The translations under genes and the position numbers were made by a program. From Clostridia bacterium (lineage in GTDB: Bacteria; Bacillota; Clostridia; UBA1381; UMGS1253), in contig JAZTXH010000009.1 of NCBI GenBank assembly GCA_045636325.1, forward strand, positions 59,479 through 123,478: a stretch of 64,000 nucleotides of DNA. Reading direction: 5' to 3'. The notes beneath the pieces are model-generated. The model made no database searches, was not told where the DNA came from, and worked only from the letters and a program-made list of their open reading frames with translations. Every line of letters begins with the position of its first letter. Position 1 is the stretch's first letter. Below are positions 20,767 to 31,887 of this stretch, one piece after another.

Positions 20767-21459
20767 TCAGCTAATCTGTCCGAATTTTACAAGTGCCTTT
20801 CTGGCAGCATCCTGCTCCGCTTCTTTCTTGCTTTTACCCACACCGCGGCACAGGGGTTCGTCGTTTTTAAACGCTATAACATCAAACACCTTATCATGCT
20901 CAGGACCCGACTCGCCAGCAGTTTCATATCTTACATAATGACCATCTTTTTGAATATATTCCTGAAGTATGGTTTTAAAATCTTTAGTGTATTTTCCCTT
21001 TGATGCCATTTCAATCGATTTCTCAAGCTGATTTAATACCCATTTTTTAACAGCCTCAAAGCCTGAATCAAGATAAATTGATGCAATAACCGCCTCAAAC
21101 GCATCCGATACAACAGATGCTCTGTTTCTGCCGCCCGTCATTTCTTCACCCTTACCAAGCAGAATATAATTTCCAAGGCCTATTCTGTCAGCCGCTTCTT
21201 TTAAAGACTGCTCGCAAACAATTGCCGCACGCATTTTACTAAGCTCACCTTCAGGCTTAGTCGGACATCTCTCAAACAAACTGTGACCTATTATGAAATC
21301 TACAATAGCATCGCCCAAAAACTCAAGTCTCTCATTTGACAATTCTTTTTTAATTCGCTTTTCATTTGCATAAGATGTATGAGTAAGCGCAGTTTTTAAA
21401 AGCTGCTTGTCTTTATAAACATAGCCCATACTTTTTTCCAAAGCTTCAAAATCCTTCAT
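20767..21459 (-). CDS. rnc: ribonuclease III
   Basis: ERLEFLGDA signature and a C-terminal dsRBD. Confidence 0.95.
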   Translation of the reverse strand: MKDFEALEKSMGYVYKDKQLLKTALTHTSYANEKRIKKELSNERLEFLGDAIVDFIIGHSLFERCPTKPEGELSKMRAAIVCEQSLKEAADRIGLGNYILLGKGEEMTGGRNRASVVSDAFEAVIASIYLDSGFEAVKKWVLNQLEKSIEMASKGKYTKDFKTILQEYIQKDGHYVRYETAGESGPEHDKVFDVIAFKNDEPLCRGVGKSKKEAEQDAARKALVKFGQIS

Positions 21460-21556
21460 ATTTCATCAACCTTTCAAAGATTGATTTAAATAATAAAAAC
21501 CACCTTAAAATCAGATTTACTTTATTACTTAAATCAATATATAATTATATTTTTAT

Positions 21557-21589
21557 ATAAAAAAAGACTTTCTTATGCAGAAAAGTCTT
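21557..21589 (-). terminator. acpP terminator
   Basis: Minus RNA reads AAGACUUUUC-ugcauaa-GAAAGUCUU followed by a U-run. Confidence 0.7.
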
Positions 21590-21610
21590 GCATCGTAAGA
21601 ATAATCAAGC

Positions 21611-21636
21611 GGCATGGAGATATATATCTCCATACC
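21611..21636. repeat. perfect 26-nt palindrome immediately after the acpP stop
   Basis: GGCATGGAGATATATATCTCCATACC; core ATGGAGATATATATCTCCAT. No U-run follows. Confidence 0.5.
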
Positions 21637-21652
21637 GATTTATTCCTATGAC

Positions 21653-21883
21653 TTAAATCTGGCTGTTAATGTAATTAACTGCATCAGCAACTGTTACAAT
21701 GCCTTCTGTATCCTCATCAGGGAATTCAACATCAAACTCTTCCTCAACTGCCATAACAAGCTCAACAACATCCAAAGAATCAGCACCAAGATCATCTTTA
21801 AAAGAAGAATCCATTGTGATAATATCTTCATCAACACCAAGCTGTTCAGAAATTATGTTTTTAATTTTTTCAAACACCATCAA
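21653..21883 (-). CDS. acpP: acyl carrier protein
   Basis: 76 aa. [19 protein letters not shown] phosphopantetheine-attachment motif. Confidence 0.95.
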   Translation of the reverse strand: MMVFEKIKNIISEQLGVDEDIITMDSSFKDDLGADSLDVVELVMAVEEEFDVEFPDEDTEGIVTVADAVNYINSQI

Positions 21884-21943
21884 AGCACACCTCCAAAATA
21901 AAATCTCCCCTTCAGGGCGATACTTAAATTAAGTATCATAAAT

Positions 21944-21972
21944 ATTATGTATTATTACTTCCACGTTGTCAA
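21944..21972 (-). promoter_or_regulatory. sigma-A promoter of acpP
   Basis: Minus strand reads TTGACA (21967-21972), a 17-nt spacer, then CATAAT (21944-21949). Confidence 0.55.
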
Positions 21973-22053
21973 GCAATTTTTATATCTAAATAAAATTTTT
22001 GGTGTTTTACACAATTATGTAACAAAAACATATACAATTTATATATTTTTCTT

Positions 22054-23043
22054 CTACATTTCTTTTATGTTTTCTTCAATTTTTGCAAGCATTCCGCTTT
22101 CTATACATTTCTTAGCCTGAAGAATAGCATAATACACAGCCTTTTCCTTTGATGCCCCGTGACACTTTATAACGGGTGCCTTACATCCCAACAAAAGAGC
22201 GCCGCCATGCTCCTCATAATCCATACGCTTTTTTAAATTCTTTATCTCACCTTTAATCAAAAGGGCAGCAAGCTTTGTTTTAATATTTGATAAAAGCATA
22301 TCTCGCACGAGATTCATTGTCTGCATAGAAACGCCCTCTGTAAGCTTTAAAATCATATTTCCCGTAAACCCGTCAGCAACCACAACATCTGTGTTACCGT
22401 CAAACATTTCTCTGCCTTCCACATTTCCGGTAAAATTAATATCAAGCTCTTTTATTTCTTCATATGCCTTTTTTACAAGCTCATTTCCTTTATGAGCTTC
22501 TGCACCTATATTTGCAAGTGCAACCTTAGGATTTTTTCTGCCTAAAACATTTTCCATATAAATGCTTCCCATCATTGCAAACTGTGCAAGATTTTGAGGT
22601 TTACAGTCTGCATTTGCACCGCAGTCTAAAAGTAATGCAGGCTTTTTCATAGTAGGAACAACGGGTGCCAGCGCAGGCCTTATAATGCCTTTCATTCTTC
22701 CAATCAATAAAATTCCCGATGCCAAAACCGCTCCTGTGCTTCCGCAGGCAACAAGTGCATCACCATTTCCCCCGCTTACTTCTTTTGCCGCAACCACGAT
22801 TGATGCATCTTTTTTTCTTCTTATAGCAATTGCGGGCTCTTCATCATTTGTGATAACCTCTGAAGCATTAATAATCTTTATATTACCTTTCTTAACTTCA
22901 AGTAATTTTAACTGCTCATTTATCAGCTTTTCATCACCAACAAGAGTTATGCTGCATTCAAGCTCATTTGCAGCCCTGACCGCCCCTTTAACTTGCTCTG
23001 CCGGTGAAAAATCACCGCCCATTACATCAAGTACAATATTCAT
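22054..23043 (-). CDS. plsX: phosphate acyltransferase
   Basis: The PlsX N-terminus MNIVLDVMGGD is taken as the start. The track ORF extends 7 codons further upstream. Confidence 0.9.
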   Translation of the reverse strand: MNIVLDVMGGDFSPAEQVKGAVRAANELECSITLVGDEKLINEQLKLLEVKKGNIKIINASEVITNDEEPAIAIRRKKDASIVVAAKEVSGGNGDALVACGSTGAVLASGILLIGRMKGIIRPALAPVVPTMKKPALLLDCGANADCKPQNLAQFAMMGSIYMENVLGRKNPKVALANIGAEAHKGNELVKKAYEEIKELDINFTGNVEGREMFDGNTDVVVADGFTGNMILKLTEGVSMQTMNLVRDMLLSNIKTKLAALLIKGEIKNLKKRMDYEEHGGALLLGCKAPVIKCHGASKEKAVYYAILQAKKCIESGMLAKIEENIKEM

Positions 23044-23105
23044 AATATCCTCCCCGCTGCGCAATACTTTTTCATCACACAGTACATATTACTTTTAATA
23101 GATTA

Positions 23106-23134
23106 ATTTTATAACAATTTTTTATATTTGTCAA
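23106..23134 (-). promoter_or_regulatory. sigma-A promoter of plsX
   Basis: Minus strand reads TTGACA (23129-23134), a 17-nt spacer, then TAAAAT (23106-23111). Confidence 0.6.
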
Positions 23135-23164
23135 ATGAAAAGTGTGTTTTTATACTATAATCCA

Positions 23165-23857
23165 TTAAATTCCATCCTGATTCTGATTTTTTTCTCTTTT
23201 CCGCCAGGATATAAATCCGTATGTATCATTTACAAAAAACATAACAAAACATGCAATCATTGGAAAATAAGAAAAATCTTTTATAGTTGCCAAAATCCAG
23301 AGCACTATTATAACTATATCGTTTGCCATATATCCCAAAGCATAGTATGAGCTTCTATAAAACACAAGAAGCGATGCAAAAAGGCTTGTAGCAACCGACA
23401 GCGTTGAAAACAAAAGATTTTCCGTTCCCAGAAATTTAAGTATATAATAAAATGCCCATGTTACAATAACGCTTAAACCACCTACGATGGCTTTTTGTTT
23501 TCGCCTAAGCTTGCTTATTTTAACCTCGTTTCTTTCTTTACTGTATGGATTTTTAAGCCAGCTGACGGTCGCGGCAATCGCCGCCGGCATACTCATGCCA
23601 AGATATGTAATCATTTCGCCGTAATATTTCATTTTAAAAGAAACCACGGCATATAAAAAACAAAACACAATTAGCATAAACTGCCCCAAAACATCGCCTT
23701 TTGCCACAAAAACCAACGCTGATGCACCAAGAACAGTACCAAAGGTTGTTATTATATTTCCGTCTGCCATAACATTTGATACTAAAACAACAACAATTGA
23801 TATCACCAGCAGTATCCATTCCCCTTTTGTCAGATTTTTAAATGATTTTTTTATCAT
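23165..23857 (-). CDS. pnuC: PnuC-like nicotinamide riboside transporter
   Basis: 230-aa membrane protein with ANDIVIIVLW and NDTYGFISW blocks resembling PnuC. Confidence 0.6.
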   Translation of the reverse strand: MIKKSFKNLTKGEWILLVISIVVVLVSNVMADGNIITTFGTVLGASALVFVAKGDVLGQFMLIVFCFLYAVVSFKMKYYGEMITYLGMSMPAAIAATVSWLKNPYSKERNEVKISKLRRKQKAIVGGLSVIVTWAFYYILKFLGTENLLFSTLSVATSLFASLLVFYRSSYYALGYMANDIVIIVLWILATIKDFSYFPMIACFVMFFVNDTYGFISWRKREKNQNQDGI

Positions 23858-23885
23858 ATATACTCTCCCTTTTAAGTTCTATATA

Positions 23886-23931
23886 AAATTAAAAACACCT
23901 CCGACATATAAAAAGATATATGCAGAAGGTG
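23886..23931 (-). terminator. terminator of the amino-acid ABC operon
   Basis: Minus RNA has a ~15-bp imperfect hairpin CACCUUCUGCAUAUAU…AUAUGUCGGAGGUG followed by UUUUUAAUUUU. Confidence 0.75.
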
Positions 23932-23944
23932 ATTTTTGTACTTG

Positions 23945-24685
23945 TTAAAGTATACTTTGCAAGAATTGTTTTGTTCTCGGGCTTTGTGGATTTGTAAATA
24001 TTTCTTCGGGAAGTCCCTGTTCTTCAATTGCGCCGTCACACATAAATATAACTCTGTCACCAACTTCTTTTGCAAAACCCATTTCGTGAGTTACCACAAC
24101 CATTGTCATACCTTCTCTTGCAAGGCTTTTCATAACATCCAAAACCTCGCCAACCATTTCAGGGTCTAAAGCTGATGTAGGCTCATCAAACAGCATAACC
24201 TCAGGATTCATACAAAGAGCTCTTACTATTGCAACTCTCTGTTTCTGACCGCCTGAAAGCTGTGCAGGATAAGCATTAGCTCTGTCTTTTAAGCCAACTC
24301 TTTCCAAAAGCTTAAGCGCTTTTTCCTCAGCTTCTTCTTTTGAAAGCTTTAAAAGCTTCATTGGCGCAACCGTCATATTTTTTAAAATGGTCATATGCGG
24401 AAACAGATTAAACTGCTGAAACACCATTCCCATTTTCTGACGCATTTTGTTTATATCAGTTTTCGGGCTCATTATATCTATATCTTCAAAATAAATATGC
24501 CCGCCTGTAGGTTCCTCCAAGAGATTGAGTGACCTTAAAAATGTTGATTTTCCTGAACCTGACGGTCCGATAATAACAACAACCTCGCCTTTTTTTATTT
24601 CACAATTAACATTGTTAAGAGCATGAATTGTTCCTTTAAAACATTTGGAAAGATTTTCTGTTCTGATTATAACATTATCGCTCAC
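23945..24685 (-). CDS. amino-acid ABC transporter ATP-binding protein
   Basis: Walker [10 protein letters not shown], signature LSGGQKQR and Walker [12 protein letters not shown]. Confidence 0.9.
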   Translation of the reverse strand: MSDNVIIRTENLSKCFKGTIHALNNVNCEIKKGEVVVIIGPSGSGKSTFLRSLNLLEEPTGGHIYFEDIDIMSPKTDINKMRQKMGMVFQQFNLFPHMTILKNMTVAPMKLLKLSKEEAEEKALKLLERVGLKDRANAYPAQLSGGQKQRVAIVRALCMNPEVMLFDEPTSALDPEMVGEVLDVMKSLAREGMTMVVVTHEMGFAKEVGDRVIFMCDGAIEEQGLPEEIFTNPQSPRTKQFLQSIL

Positions 24686-26063
24686 TGTTTCTCAATCTCC
24701 TTTCCAAAAGACTTACAAGCTTAGAAAGCACCAATACCATTACAAGATAAATTATTGCTGATGCAACAAGAGGCATAAACGGACTATAAGTAGCCGCGCG
24801 TATAGCATTTACAGAATACATCAAATCCCCAAGTCCGATGTAAAAAGCAATTGATGTTTCTTTAAGCAAGACAACAAACTCGTTTGCCAAGGCCGGTAAA
24901 ACCGCTTTAAATGCCTGAGGGAACACAACAAGATACATTGTCTGAATATAATTAAAACCAAGACTTCTGCCTGCCTCTGTCTGACCTTCATCGACACTCA
25001 TAATACCACCACGCACAATTTCTGCTACATATGCACCTGAGTTTAAACCAAAGCACACCACCGCAGAAAGAAATTTATCAACCCCTGCCGGCATAAATAT
25101 TACAAAATATATAATCATTATCTGTACTACAACCGGTGTACCTCTTATTACAGTAAGATAAAGCTCCATTATCCAATTTAAAATATTTAAGATAATTCCT
25201 GGTTTTGATGTTTTTATATGTGTGCAACGAATAAATGCAACAATAAAACCAAGCACAATACCTATAATAAGCGAAAAAAATGTAAGCTTAATTGTGGTCC
25301 ACAAGCCAGTAAGTACAGTTTTCCATCTGTCATACTCGATAAAGTTTCTTATAAAATCACTTTTGATTTTGTTTATAAATCTTCCAAACCAGCCAGAAGT
25401 ATCAGGTTTTTCAGCCTCAAACTTAGCATCTATACACTGAATAAAGCCTTTTTTAATATTGCCTGATTCAAGATGTTTTTCGGTTTGTGCTCCGCTCTCA
25501 TCAGTTACAGTTACGCTTTTAATTTCACTTACCTCATTTTTAACATCTATAATACCGCCATATACCGCATTAACCGCTTCTTCAGATGAATAAACAACAA
25601 GCCCCTGCTTTGTGTCATATAGCACAATCGAAATATTCTCTTTTATTTCTTTTGCACCTCTTAAAAGCTCAACTATCGGCTGTTCAAACTCCATTTTAAA
25701 ATCCAAAGCAGACTTAAACATTGTGCTATTTTTCTTTTTAGCATCGCTTGCCATGAACTTATTGTAATCAGATGACAACGCTTCATGAACATCAATGGTA
25801 GAAACGCTGCAGTCTAAAATAATATCCTTTTCTGTGCCATATTTGACAGAATTAACTGTTATATTATTTTTTTCAGCAATAAGCTTAAGAGCCTTTTTTG
25901 CGCCCGCCATACTGTCAAATGCATTATTTACAAAAATTTCGACATCCTGTTTTGAAATTTCTCCGGCTCGTGTCTGACTTAAAACCGCAAAAATGCATCC
26001 GCCTATAATTGTCAGCACCAAAACAACAGCAACCACAATCGCAGTTATTTTCTTCTTTGTCAT
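24675..26063 (-). CDS. amino-acid ABC transporter permease with a ~240-aa N-terminal extracytoplasmic extension
   Basis: The C-terminal ~220 aa is a His/Glu/Gln/Arg-type permease (…[10 protein letters not shown]…, EAGRSLG). The N-terminus has one TM helix followed by an unrecognised soluble domain. Confidence 0.8.
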   Translation of the reverse strand: MTKKKITAIVVAVVLVLTIIGGCIFAVLSQTRAGEISKQDVEIFVNNAFDSMAGAKKALKLIAEKNNITVNSVKYGTEKDIILDCSVSTIDVHEALSSDYNKFMASDAKKKNSTMFKSALDFKMEFEQPIVELLRGAKEIKENISIVLYDTKQGLVVYSSEEAVNAVYGGIIDVKNEVSEIKSVTVTDESGAQTEKHLESGNIKKGFIQCIDAKFEAEKPDTSGWFGRFINKIKSDFIRNFIEYDRWKTVLTGLWTTIKLTFFSLIIGIVLGFIVAFIRCTHIKTSKPGIILNILNWIMELYLTVIRGTPVVVQIMIIYFVIFMPAGVDKFLSAVVCFGLNSGAYVAEIVRGGIMSVDEGQTEAGRSLGFNYIQTMYLVVFPQAFKAVLPALANEFVVLLKETSIAFYIGLGDLMYSVNAIRAATYSPFMPLVASAIIYLVMVLVLSKLVSLLERRLRNSER

Positions 26064-26168
26064 TTTTATATAAACCTACCTCTCTTTTTTATACCTAAAA
26101 AGTATCAAGCAGTTATTTTAACCGCAAATTTTTTTACATCTAAAATAACAGCTTGATAAATACAGTGT

Positions 26169-26197
26169 AAAAGCAGGCGAATGCTCGCCTGCTTTTA
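26169..26197 (-). terminator. intra-operon terminator/attenuator after the binding-protein gene
   Basis: AGCAGGCGA-atgc-TCGCCTGCT: a 9-bp GC-rich stem with a short U-run on the minus strand. Confidence 0.6.
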
Positions 26198-26216
26198 CGG
26201 CCGTATATATCCGTTA

Positions 26217-27020
26217 TTATTCAGCTTTAATGTATTTTGCGATAATTTCGTCAATTATGCCTTCAGCCGTAAGCTTTTCAAGCGCTTTGTTAACGTCAGC
26301 CAAAAGATCAGCGTTATCCTTTGAAATTGCGATAGCGTAGTCTTCTACTGCATATTCTGTTTCAAGAATCTTTAGACCTTCATTTTCAGCAACAAATGCT
26401 TTTGCAGGCTCATTATCAATGATAACTGCGTCAACGTCGCCGCCCTTAAGCGCTATAACAGCATCTGCACCCTTGCCATAACTTGTAACGTTTTCTTCGC
26501 CAAAATCATCCTTTGAGTACATATCGCCTGTTGTGCCAAGCTGTGTACCAATCTTTTTACCTGCTAAATCGTCAATAGATGCGATTTCGGAATCTTCAGG
26601 CACGATAACAACCTGTACACCTGTAGCATAGCTTGAAGAGAAATCAACTTCCTTCAAACGCTCTTCATTAACAGTCATACCTGCGATACCCATATTAACT
26701 TCGCCCTGAACAACGGAAGTGATGATTGAATCAAATTCCATATCAACAATTTCCAATGTAGCGCCAAGCTCAGAAGCAATAGCGTTAGCAATCTCAACAT
26801 CAATACCTACAAACTTTTCGCCCTCTTTGTATTCATAGGGAGGGAAAGCAGCATTTGTACCCATCTTCAACACATCGTAAGTACCAATGTAACCATTAGC
26901 GTCTGCTTCAGGAGCAGGAGTCTCTATAACAGGAGCCTCAGTCTCACCGCAAGCAGTAAAGCAGCAAACTGACATTACAACTGCCAATACCAATGCACAT
27001 ACCTTTAAAAACTTTTTCAT
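26217..27020 (-). CDS. amino-acid ABC transporter substrate-binding lipoprotein
   Basis: Signal peptide with a lipobox (CCFTAC-G) and a type 2 periplasmic binding fold. Confidence 0.85.
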   Translation of the reverse strand: MKKFLKVCALVLAVVMSVCCFTACGETEAPVIETPAPEADANGYIGTYDVLKMGTNAAFPPYEYKEGEKFVGIDVEIANAIASELGATLEIVDMEFDSIITSVVQGEVNMGIAGMTVNEERLKEVDFSSSYATGVQVVIVPEDSEIASIDDLAGKKIGTQLGTTGDMYSKDDFGEENVTSYGKGADAVIALKGGDVDAVIIDNEPAKAFVAENEGLKILETEYAVEDYAIAISKDNADLLADVNKALEKLTAEGIIDEIIAKYIKAE

Positions 27021-27077
27021 TTTAAAAACGCCTCCGTTTTAATAAAATTTTTAGGATAAATATTTTATCCGACTGCG

Positions 27078-27101
27078 ATTAGTTTATCATAATAAACTAA
27101 T
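27078..27101. promoter_or_regulatory. 24-bp palindromic operator candidate overlapping the -10 and spacer
   Basis: ATTAGTTTAT-cata-ATAAACTAAT: perfect 10-bp arms. Confidence 0.45.
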
Positions 27102-27109
27102 TATGTCAA
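27081..27109 (-). promoter_or_regulatory. sigma-A promoter of the ABC transporter operon
   Basis: Minus strand reads TTGACA (27104-27109), a 17-nt spacer, then TAAACT (27081-27086). Confidence 0.5.
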
Positions 27110-27196
27110 TATCTTATCTGAAATAATTATTCATAAATTTTGTATAACTATTCATTTTTTATTTCTATCGAACAGGCTGTTACATTTTGCATTATA

Positions 27197-28000
27197 TTAA
27201 TCTTTTATATTAAGAAACCTGTAAGCATTTTTATAAAAAACATTTTCCGTTTCTTCTTTTGTAAGGTTTAATCGGTCAAAATAAGAAAATTCAAGCTCAT
27301 AATCAGACAACGGGTAATCAGTGCCGAAAAGCACCTTATCTGACCCATGGGCACGAAGCAACCTTAAAAACCTTTCATCTCCTATCTCAAAGAGGGCGCT
27401 TGAGGTGTCAAAATAAACATCCCTGCCAACTAAATATTCTTCTGCCAAGTCCCACATAAACACTCCGCCCATATGAGCCGCAACAGCTCGCATCTCAGGC
27501 ATTTTATCAAGCACCCTTGCAAGTCTTTTCGGACTTGAAGAATCAACATTTCTGTCACCCATATGGAAAAGTATTGGAAGGTCGTTTTTCACAATTTCTT
27601 CATACACAAACATCATTTTATCATCATCAATATTAAAGCCCTGAAAATCGTTGTGCAGTTTTATTCCACGAAGACCAAGCTCTTTTATTCTTTTTATTTC
27701 TTCTTTATAATTATCAAAATCCCTGTGCATTGCACCAAATCCGATTAATCTTTCAGGTGCGGTGTCTACTGTTTTTTTTACATAAGTGTTAATATCTTCA
27801 ACCTGAGTCGGCTTTGTTGCCACTGCGTGAATTACCATTTTATCAATATCTGCCAAAATCGCCTTTTTATAAATCACATCAAATGTGCCGTTTGAAATTG
27901 CCGGCATTGAATAATACCTTACCAGATTTTCAGTTGCTTTAACTGCAATTTTATCTGCAAATGCATGCACATGAAAATCCACAACCTTACTGCCTCTCAT
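27197..28000 (-). CDS. amidohydrolase-2 family (TIM-barrel metal-dependent hydrolase)
   Basis: N-terminal DFHVH metal motif. The start is set to the ATG with a GAAGGAAA SD; the track start is an upstream TTG. Confidence 0.6.
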   Translation of the reverse strand: MRGSKVVDFHVHAFADKIAVKATENLVRYYSMPAISNGTFDVIYKKAILADIDKMVIHAVATKPTQVEDINTYVKKTVDTAPERLIGFGAMHRDFDNYKEEIKRIKELGLRGIKLHNDFQGFNIDDDKMMFVYEEIVKNDLPILFHMGDRNVDSSSPKRLARVLDKMPEMRAVAAHMGGVFMWDLAEEYLVGRDVYFDTSSALFEIGDERFLRLLRAHGSDKVLFGTDYPLSDYELEFSYFDRLNLTKEETENVFYKNAYRFLNIKD

Positions 28001-28034
28001 TTTCTTATTTCCTTCTTTCAATTACATAAACCTT

Positions 28035-29129
28035 TTATATAAACATACACAAAATCTGATTTGAAACTCTTATACCCTCTTCGGTAAAAAAAACCCGACC
28101 GTCTTCCTCTTTCATAAAGCCGCCGTCTGTATATTTTTGTATATCATAAAGATTTAAAAAATCATTGCTGAATTTTTCTTTAAATTCGCTTAAAACAATT
28201 CCTTTTGTTCTGCGAAGGGAGGTTATGATATATTCCTTAATAAGCTCTTTTTGGCTAAGTACATATTTTTCAGCCCCTTTTCCTTGAAGATACTCCCCCA
28301 TATCATTTGTGTTTTCATATCTTACATTTGATAAAAAGCCAACCGCTCCAAGGCCAAAGCCGTAATACTCCCCTCCGCTCCAGTATTTTAAATTATGTCT
28401 TGACTCAAAACCCGACTTTGCAAAATTTGAAATTTCATAGCGGTCATATCCGTTATCTTCTAAAAAATTACCTGCAATAGAAAACATATCTACATACAAA
28501 TCTTCATCAGCCTGAGATATAAGCCCTTCTTCTTCCATTTTACAAAAAGGTGTTCCTTCCTCAATAATAAGGCTGTATGCACTTATATGCTCCGGTGAAA
28601 GTGTTGCCGTTTCCTTAAGGCTTTGAAAAAAGCTTTCCTTTGTCTGAAGCGGTATTGCAAACATCAAATCAAGATTAATATTTTCAAAACCCGCTTGTCT
28701 TAAAAGATAAAAGCTTTCCTTTGCCTGCTTTGCATTATGCATCCTACCTAAAATTTTAAGCTCAGAATCACAAAAGCTTTGCACGCCCATGCTTATTCTG
28801 TTAATTCCTGCCTTCCTGTAAAGGTAAAGCTTTTCTTTGGTAACTGTTGCGGGGTTTATTTCAATTGTTGTTTCGCAGTCCCACTCAATTTCAAAAGTTT
28901 TTCTGACAGACTCCATTAGAGAAACAACATCACTGCCATCAAGTACACTTGGCGTACCGCCGCCTATAAAAACACTGTCAATTTTACTTTTTGGTGAATT
29001 TTCAATTTGACTTTTCAATGCCGATATATACTGTTTTTTTGCATCGTCATCTACAGGAAAGCTCAAAAAATCACAGTATGCACATTTTTTTATGCAAAAT
29101 GGAATGTGAATATATATACCTAAACTCAT
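28035..29129 (-). CDS. hemW: radical SAM heme chaperone HemW
   Basis: HIPFCIKKCAYCDF cluster motif and HemN-like length. Confidence 0.85.
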   Translation of the reverse strand: MSLGIYIHIPFCIKKCAYCDFLSFPVDDDAKKQYISALKSQIENSPKSKIDSVFIGGGTPSVLDGSDVVSLMESVRKTFEIEWDCETTIEINPATVTKEKLYLYRKAGINRISMGVQSFCDSELKILGRMHNAKQAKESFYLLRQAGFENINLDLMFAIPLQTKESFFQSLKETATLSPEHISAYSLIIEEGTPFCKMEEEGLISQADEDLYVDMFSIAGNFLEDNGYDRYEISNFAKSGFESRHNLKYWSGGEYYGFGLGAVGFLSNVRYENTNDMGEYLQGKGAEKYVLSQKELIKEYIITSLRRTKGIVLSEFKEKFSNDFLNLYDIQKYTDGGFMKEEDGRVFFTEEGIRVSNQILCMFI

Positions 29130-29135
29130 TTTTTT

Positions 29136-30935
29136 CTACTCATCAAGCTTTAAAACAGACATAAACGCCTCCTGTGGCACTTCTACACTGCCTACCTGAC
29201 GCATACGTTTTTTACCTTCCTTCTGTTTTTCCAAAAGCTTTTTCTTTCTTGTAATATCGCCGCCGTAACACTTTGCCAATACGTCTTTACGCATTGCTTT
29301 AACTGTTTCTCTTGCAATAATTTTTCCGCCAATTGCCGCCTGAATGGGAACTTCAAACAGCTGTCTCGGGATTGCTTCTTTAAGCTTTTCTGCAATTCGT
29401 CTTCCCCGCGCATAGCTTTTTTCACGATGAACAATAAATGAAAGCGCATCTACCACTTCGCCGTTTAACATCATATCAAGTTTAACCAAATCAGATTTCT
29501 GATACCCCACAAGCTCATAATCGAAAGAAGCGTATCCCCTTGTTCTTGACTTTAATGCATCAAAAAAGTCATATATAATTTCATTAAGCGGCATCATATA
29601 ATGAAGCGAAACTCTGTTTTCGTCGATATACTGCATATCCTTGTATGTTCCTCGTCTATCTTGACAAAGCTCCATAATTGCGCCTACATATTCTTTGGGA
29701 ACCATAATGTTTGAAGAAACAACAGGCTCCTCCATATAATCAATTTCCGATACAGGCGGCAGATTTGTAGGGTTATCAATGTTTAAAATATCTTTGTTTG
29801 TTTTTATAACCTTATATACAACGCTCGGCGCAGTGGTAACCAAATCTAAATTAAACTCACGCTCCAAACGTTCCTGAATGATTTCCATGTGCAAAAGCCC
29901 TAAAAATCCGCATCTGAAGCCAAAACCCAATGCAATTGAGGTTTCAGGCTCAAAAATAAGTGCCGCATCGTTTAACTGCAGCTTCAAAAGTGCATCATTT
30001 AAATCGTTATATTTTGCACCATCTGCCGGATATATACCACAAAACACCATGGGCTGAACATCACGATACCCCTGAAGAGGCTCTTTTGCAGGATTATCCA
30101 CAGTTGTAACCGTATCTCCCACCTTTGCATCACGCATACTTTTAATGCTTGCGGCAATATAGCCAACCTCACCTGCAGACAAGCTTTTTGCAGGTTGCAT
30201 ATCAGACGGCTTTAAATATCCCACTTCAACAACGTCATAACGTGCTTTTGTTGCCATCATTTCAATGGTGTCGCCGGCTTTTACGGACCCTTCCTTAACT
30301 CTTACATATATAATAACACCTCTGTAGCTGTCATAATATGAGTCAAAAATAAGTGCCTGAAGAGGTGCTGATTTATCACCCTTTGGTGCAGGTATTTTTT
30401 CAACTATAGCTTCTAAAACAGATTCAATATTAATATTGTTTTTTGCAGAAACAAGCGGTGCATCCTGAGCTTCGATACCAATAACATCTTCGATTTCGTC
30501 TTTAATCACATCAGGTCTTGCTGACGGTAGGTCAATCTTATTTACAACCGGAACGATTTCCAAATCGTGCTCAATAGCAAGATATGTGTTTGCAAGGGTC
30601 TGGGCTTCAATTCCCTGAGATGCATCCACAACTAAAATTGCACCCTCACATGCCGCAAGGCTTCTTGAAACCTCATAATTAAAGTCAACATGACCAGGGG
30701 TGTCAATCAAATTAAGAACGTAATCCTTGCCGTCTTTTGCTTTATAATTAAGCCTTACCGCTCTTGCCTTAATAGTTATACCACGCTCTTTTTCAAGCTC
30801 CATATTGTCAAGCAACTGACTTTCCATATCACGGCTTTCAACCTCACCTGTGTTTTCCAAAAGCCTGTCAGCAAGGGTTGATTTACCATGGTCTATATGT
30901 GCAATAATCGAAAAATTTCTTATATTATCCTGCAT
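29136..30935 (-). CDS. lepA: translation elongation factor 4
   Basis: [17 protein letters not shown]1 motif, DTPGH, NKID, and a LepA-specific C-terminus. Confidence 0.95.
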   Translation of the reverse strand: MQDNIRNFSIIAHIDHGKSTLADRLLENTGEVESRDMESQLLDNMELEKERGITIKARAVRLNYKAKDGKDYVLNLIDTPGHVDFNYEVSRSLAACEGAILVVDASQGIEAQTLANTYLAIEHDLEIVPVVNKIDLPSARPDVIKDEIEDVIGIEAQDAPLVSAKNNINIESVLEAIVEKIPAPKGDKSAPLQALIFDSYYDSYRGVIIYVRVKEGSVKAGDTIEMMATKARYDVVEVGYLKPSDMQPAKSLSAGEVGYIAASIKSMRDAKVGDTVTTVDNPAKEPLQGYRDVQPMVFCGIYPADGAKYNDLNDALLKLQLNDAALIFEPETSIALGFGFRCGFLGLLHMEIIQERLEREFNLDLVTTAPSVVYKVIKTNKDILNIDNPTNLPPVSEIDYMEEPVVSSNIMVPKEYVGAIMELCQDRRGTYKDMQYIDENRVSLHYMMPLNEIIYDFFDALKSRTRGYASFDYELVGYQKSDLVKLDMMLNGEVVDALSFIVHREKSYARGRRIAEKLKEAIPRQLFEVPIQAAIGGKIIARETVKAMRKDVLAKCYGGDITRKKKLLEKQKEGKKRMRQVGSVEVPQEAFMSVLKLDE

Positions 30936-30976
30936 ATTATCCTCCTGTTAAATACAAAAATTCCATAATAACATAT

Positions 30977-31005
30977 ATTATATCACATTTTTTAAAGTTT
31001 GTCAG
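30977..31005 (-). promoter_or_regulatory. sigma-A promoter of lepA
   Basis: Minus strand reads CTGACA (31000-31005), a 17-nt spacer, then TGaTATAAT (-10 at 30977-30982). Confidence 0.55.
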
Positions 31006-31108
31006 CACTTTTTTTATTTTTGTAAAAAATATTTGAAATTAAATAGGCTGTAGTAAAACCGATTTTAAAAATCGTTTTGCTACAACCCATCATCTTAATT
31101 AATGATTT

Positions 31109-31867
31109 TTATATTTCTTTTTTCATTTCGGTAATATTGTGCCAGTATTTTTTCGGCATATGCTGTCGGCGCAGCTTCTCATTTTTTCTGCCCTTAATGC
31201 CGACTGTATTGTAAAACTTAAGCCACAGCTTCTCATAATATTCTTCGTCCTCGCTTTTTTCAAAGTTTGCCGCCATATCGCTGTCCACCTGATAAATCGC
31301 CCATTTTTTAGTGTCATACACTGCGGCAAGATGGCGGTTTTCATCATATATCATCCAGGCTGTGTTTGAAAGTCTGTCAGAAAAATAGCTTGCAAGGCGG
31401 GCAAGAACATTATTTTCCGGATTAATTTTAGCATACATAATGCCGTTTTTCGTTTTTACAAATCTTAAAAATCCGCTAAGGCGGTTTATTTCGTAAGTAA
31501 CATATTTATTAATTCTTACTGCTTTTATAATCCATGGGTCAGCTAAGTGATTTCCGACTGTTGCCCCCACCTCATACCCTATTTTTAAATAATTATATAT
31601 AACGGTTTCTTTTTCCTTGTCACTAGACAGATAAACATTGTAAACCACATTTTGTGCCCTCCGTGAAATTTTTACACCTATAGAGCGGTAAACTGCGTTA
31701 AACTTATCCATATCGGTTTTAATATTTATCATTTCGCTGAAAAGCCGCATCTGAGCATCCTTTTGCTCAATAATTTCCTCCGGATTTTCTTTTTTGTAAT
31801 ACGCTCGGTGCACGGCACACAAAAGCCCTTCAAAGCTTCCGTCATATACATATATAATACTGTTCAT
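31109..31867 (-). CDS. TIGR03915-type putative DNA metabolism protein (DUF4130)
   Basis: N-terminus IYVYDGSFEGLLCAV, paired with the radical SAM gene upstream. Start at the ATG with a GGAGTGA SD. Confidence 0.65.
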   Translation of the reverse strand: MNSIIYVYDGSFEGLLCAVHRAYYKKENPEEIIEQKDAQMRLFSEMINIKTDMDKFNAVYRSIGVKISRRAQNVVYNVYLSSDKEKETVIYNYLKIGYEVGATVGNHLADPWIIKAVRINKYVTYEINRLSGFLRFVKTKNGIMYAKINPENNVLARLASYFSDRLSNTAWMIYDENRHLAAVYDTKKWAIYQVDSDMAANFEKSEDEEYYEKLWLKFYNTVGIKGRKNEKLRRQHMPKKYWHNITEMKKEI

Positions 31868-31887
31868 TTTTATCACTCCATTATTTT

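Noticed and set aside
20572-21003. 143-aa plus-strand ORF between madL and rnc.
   Set aside because: It runs through the rnc terminator and into rnc antisense. There is no RBS and the composition is hydrophobic and AT-driven.
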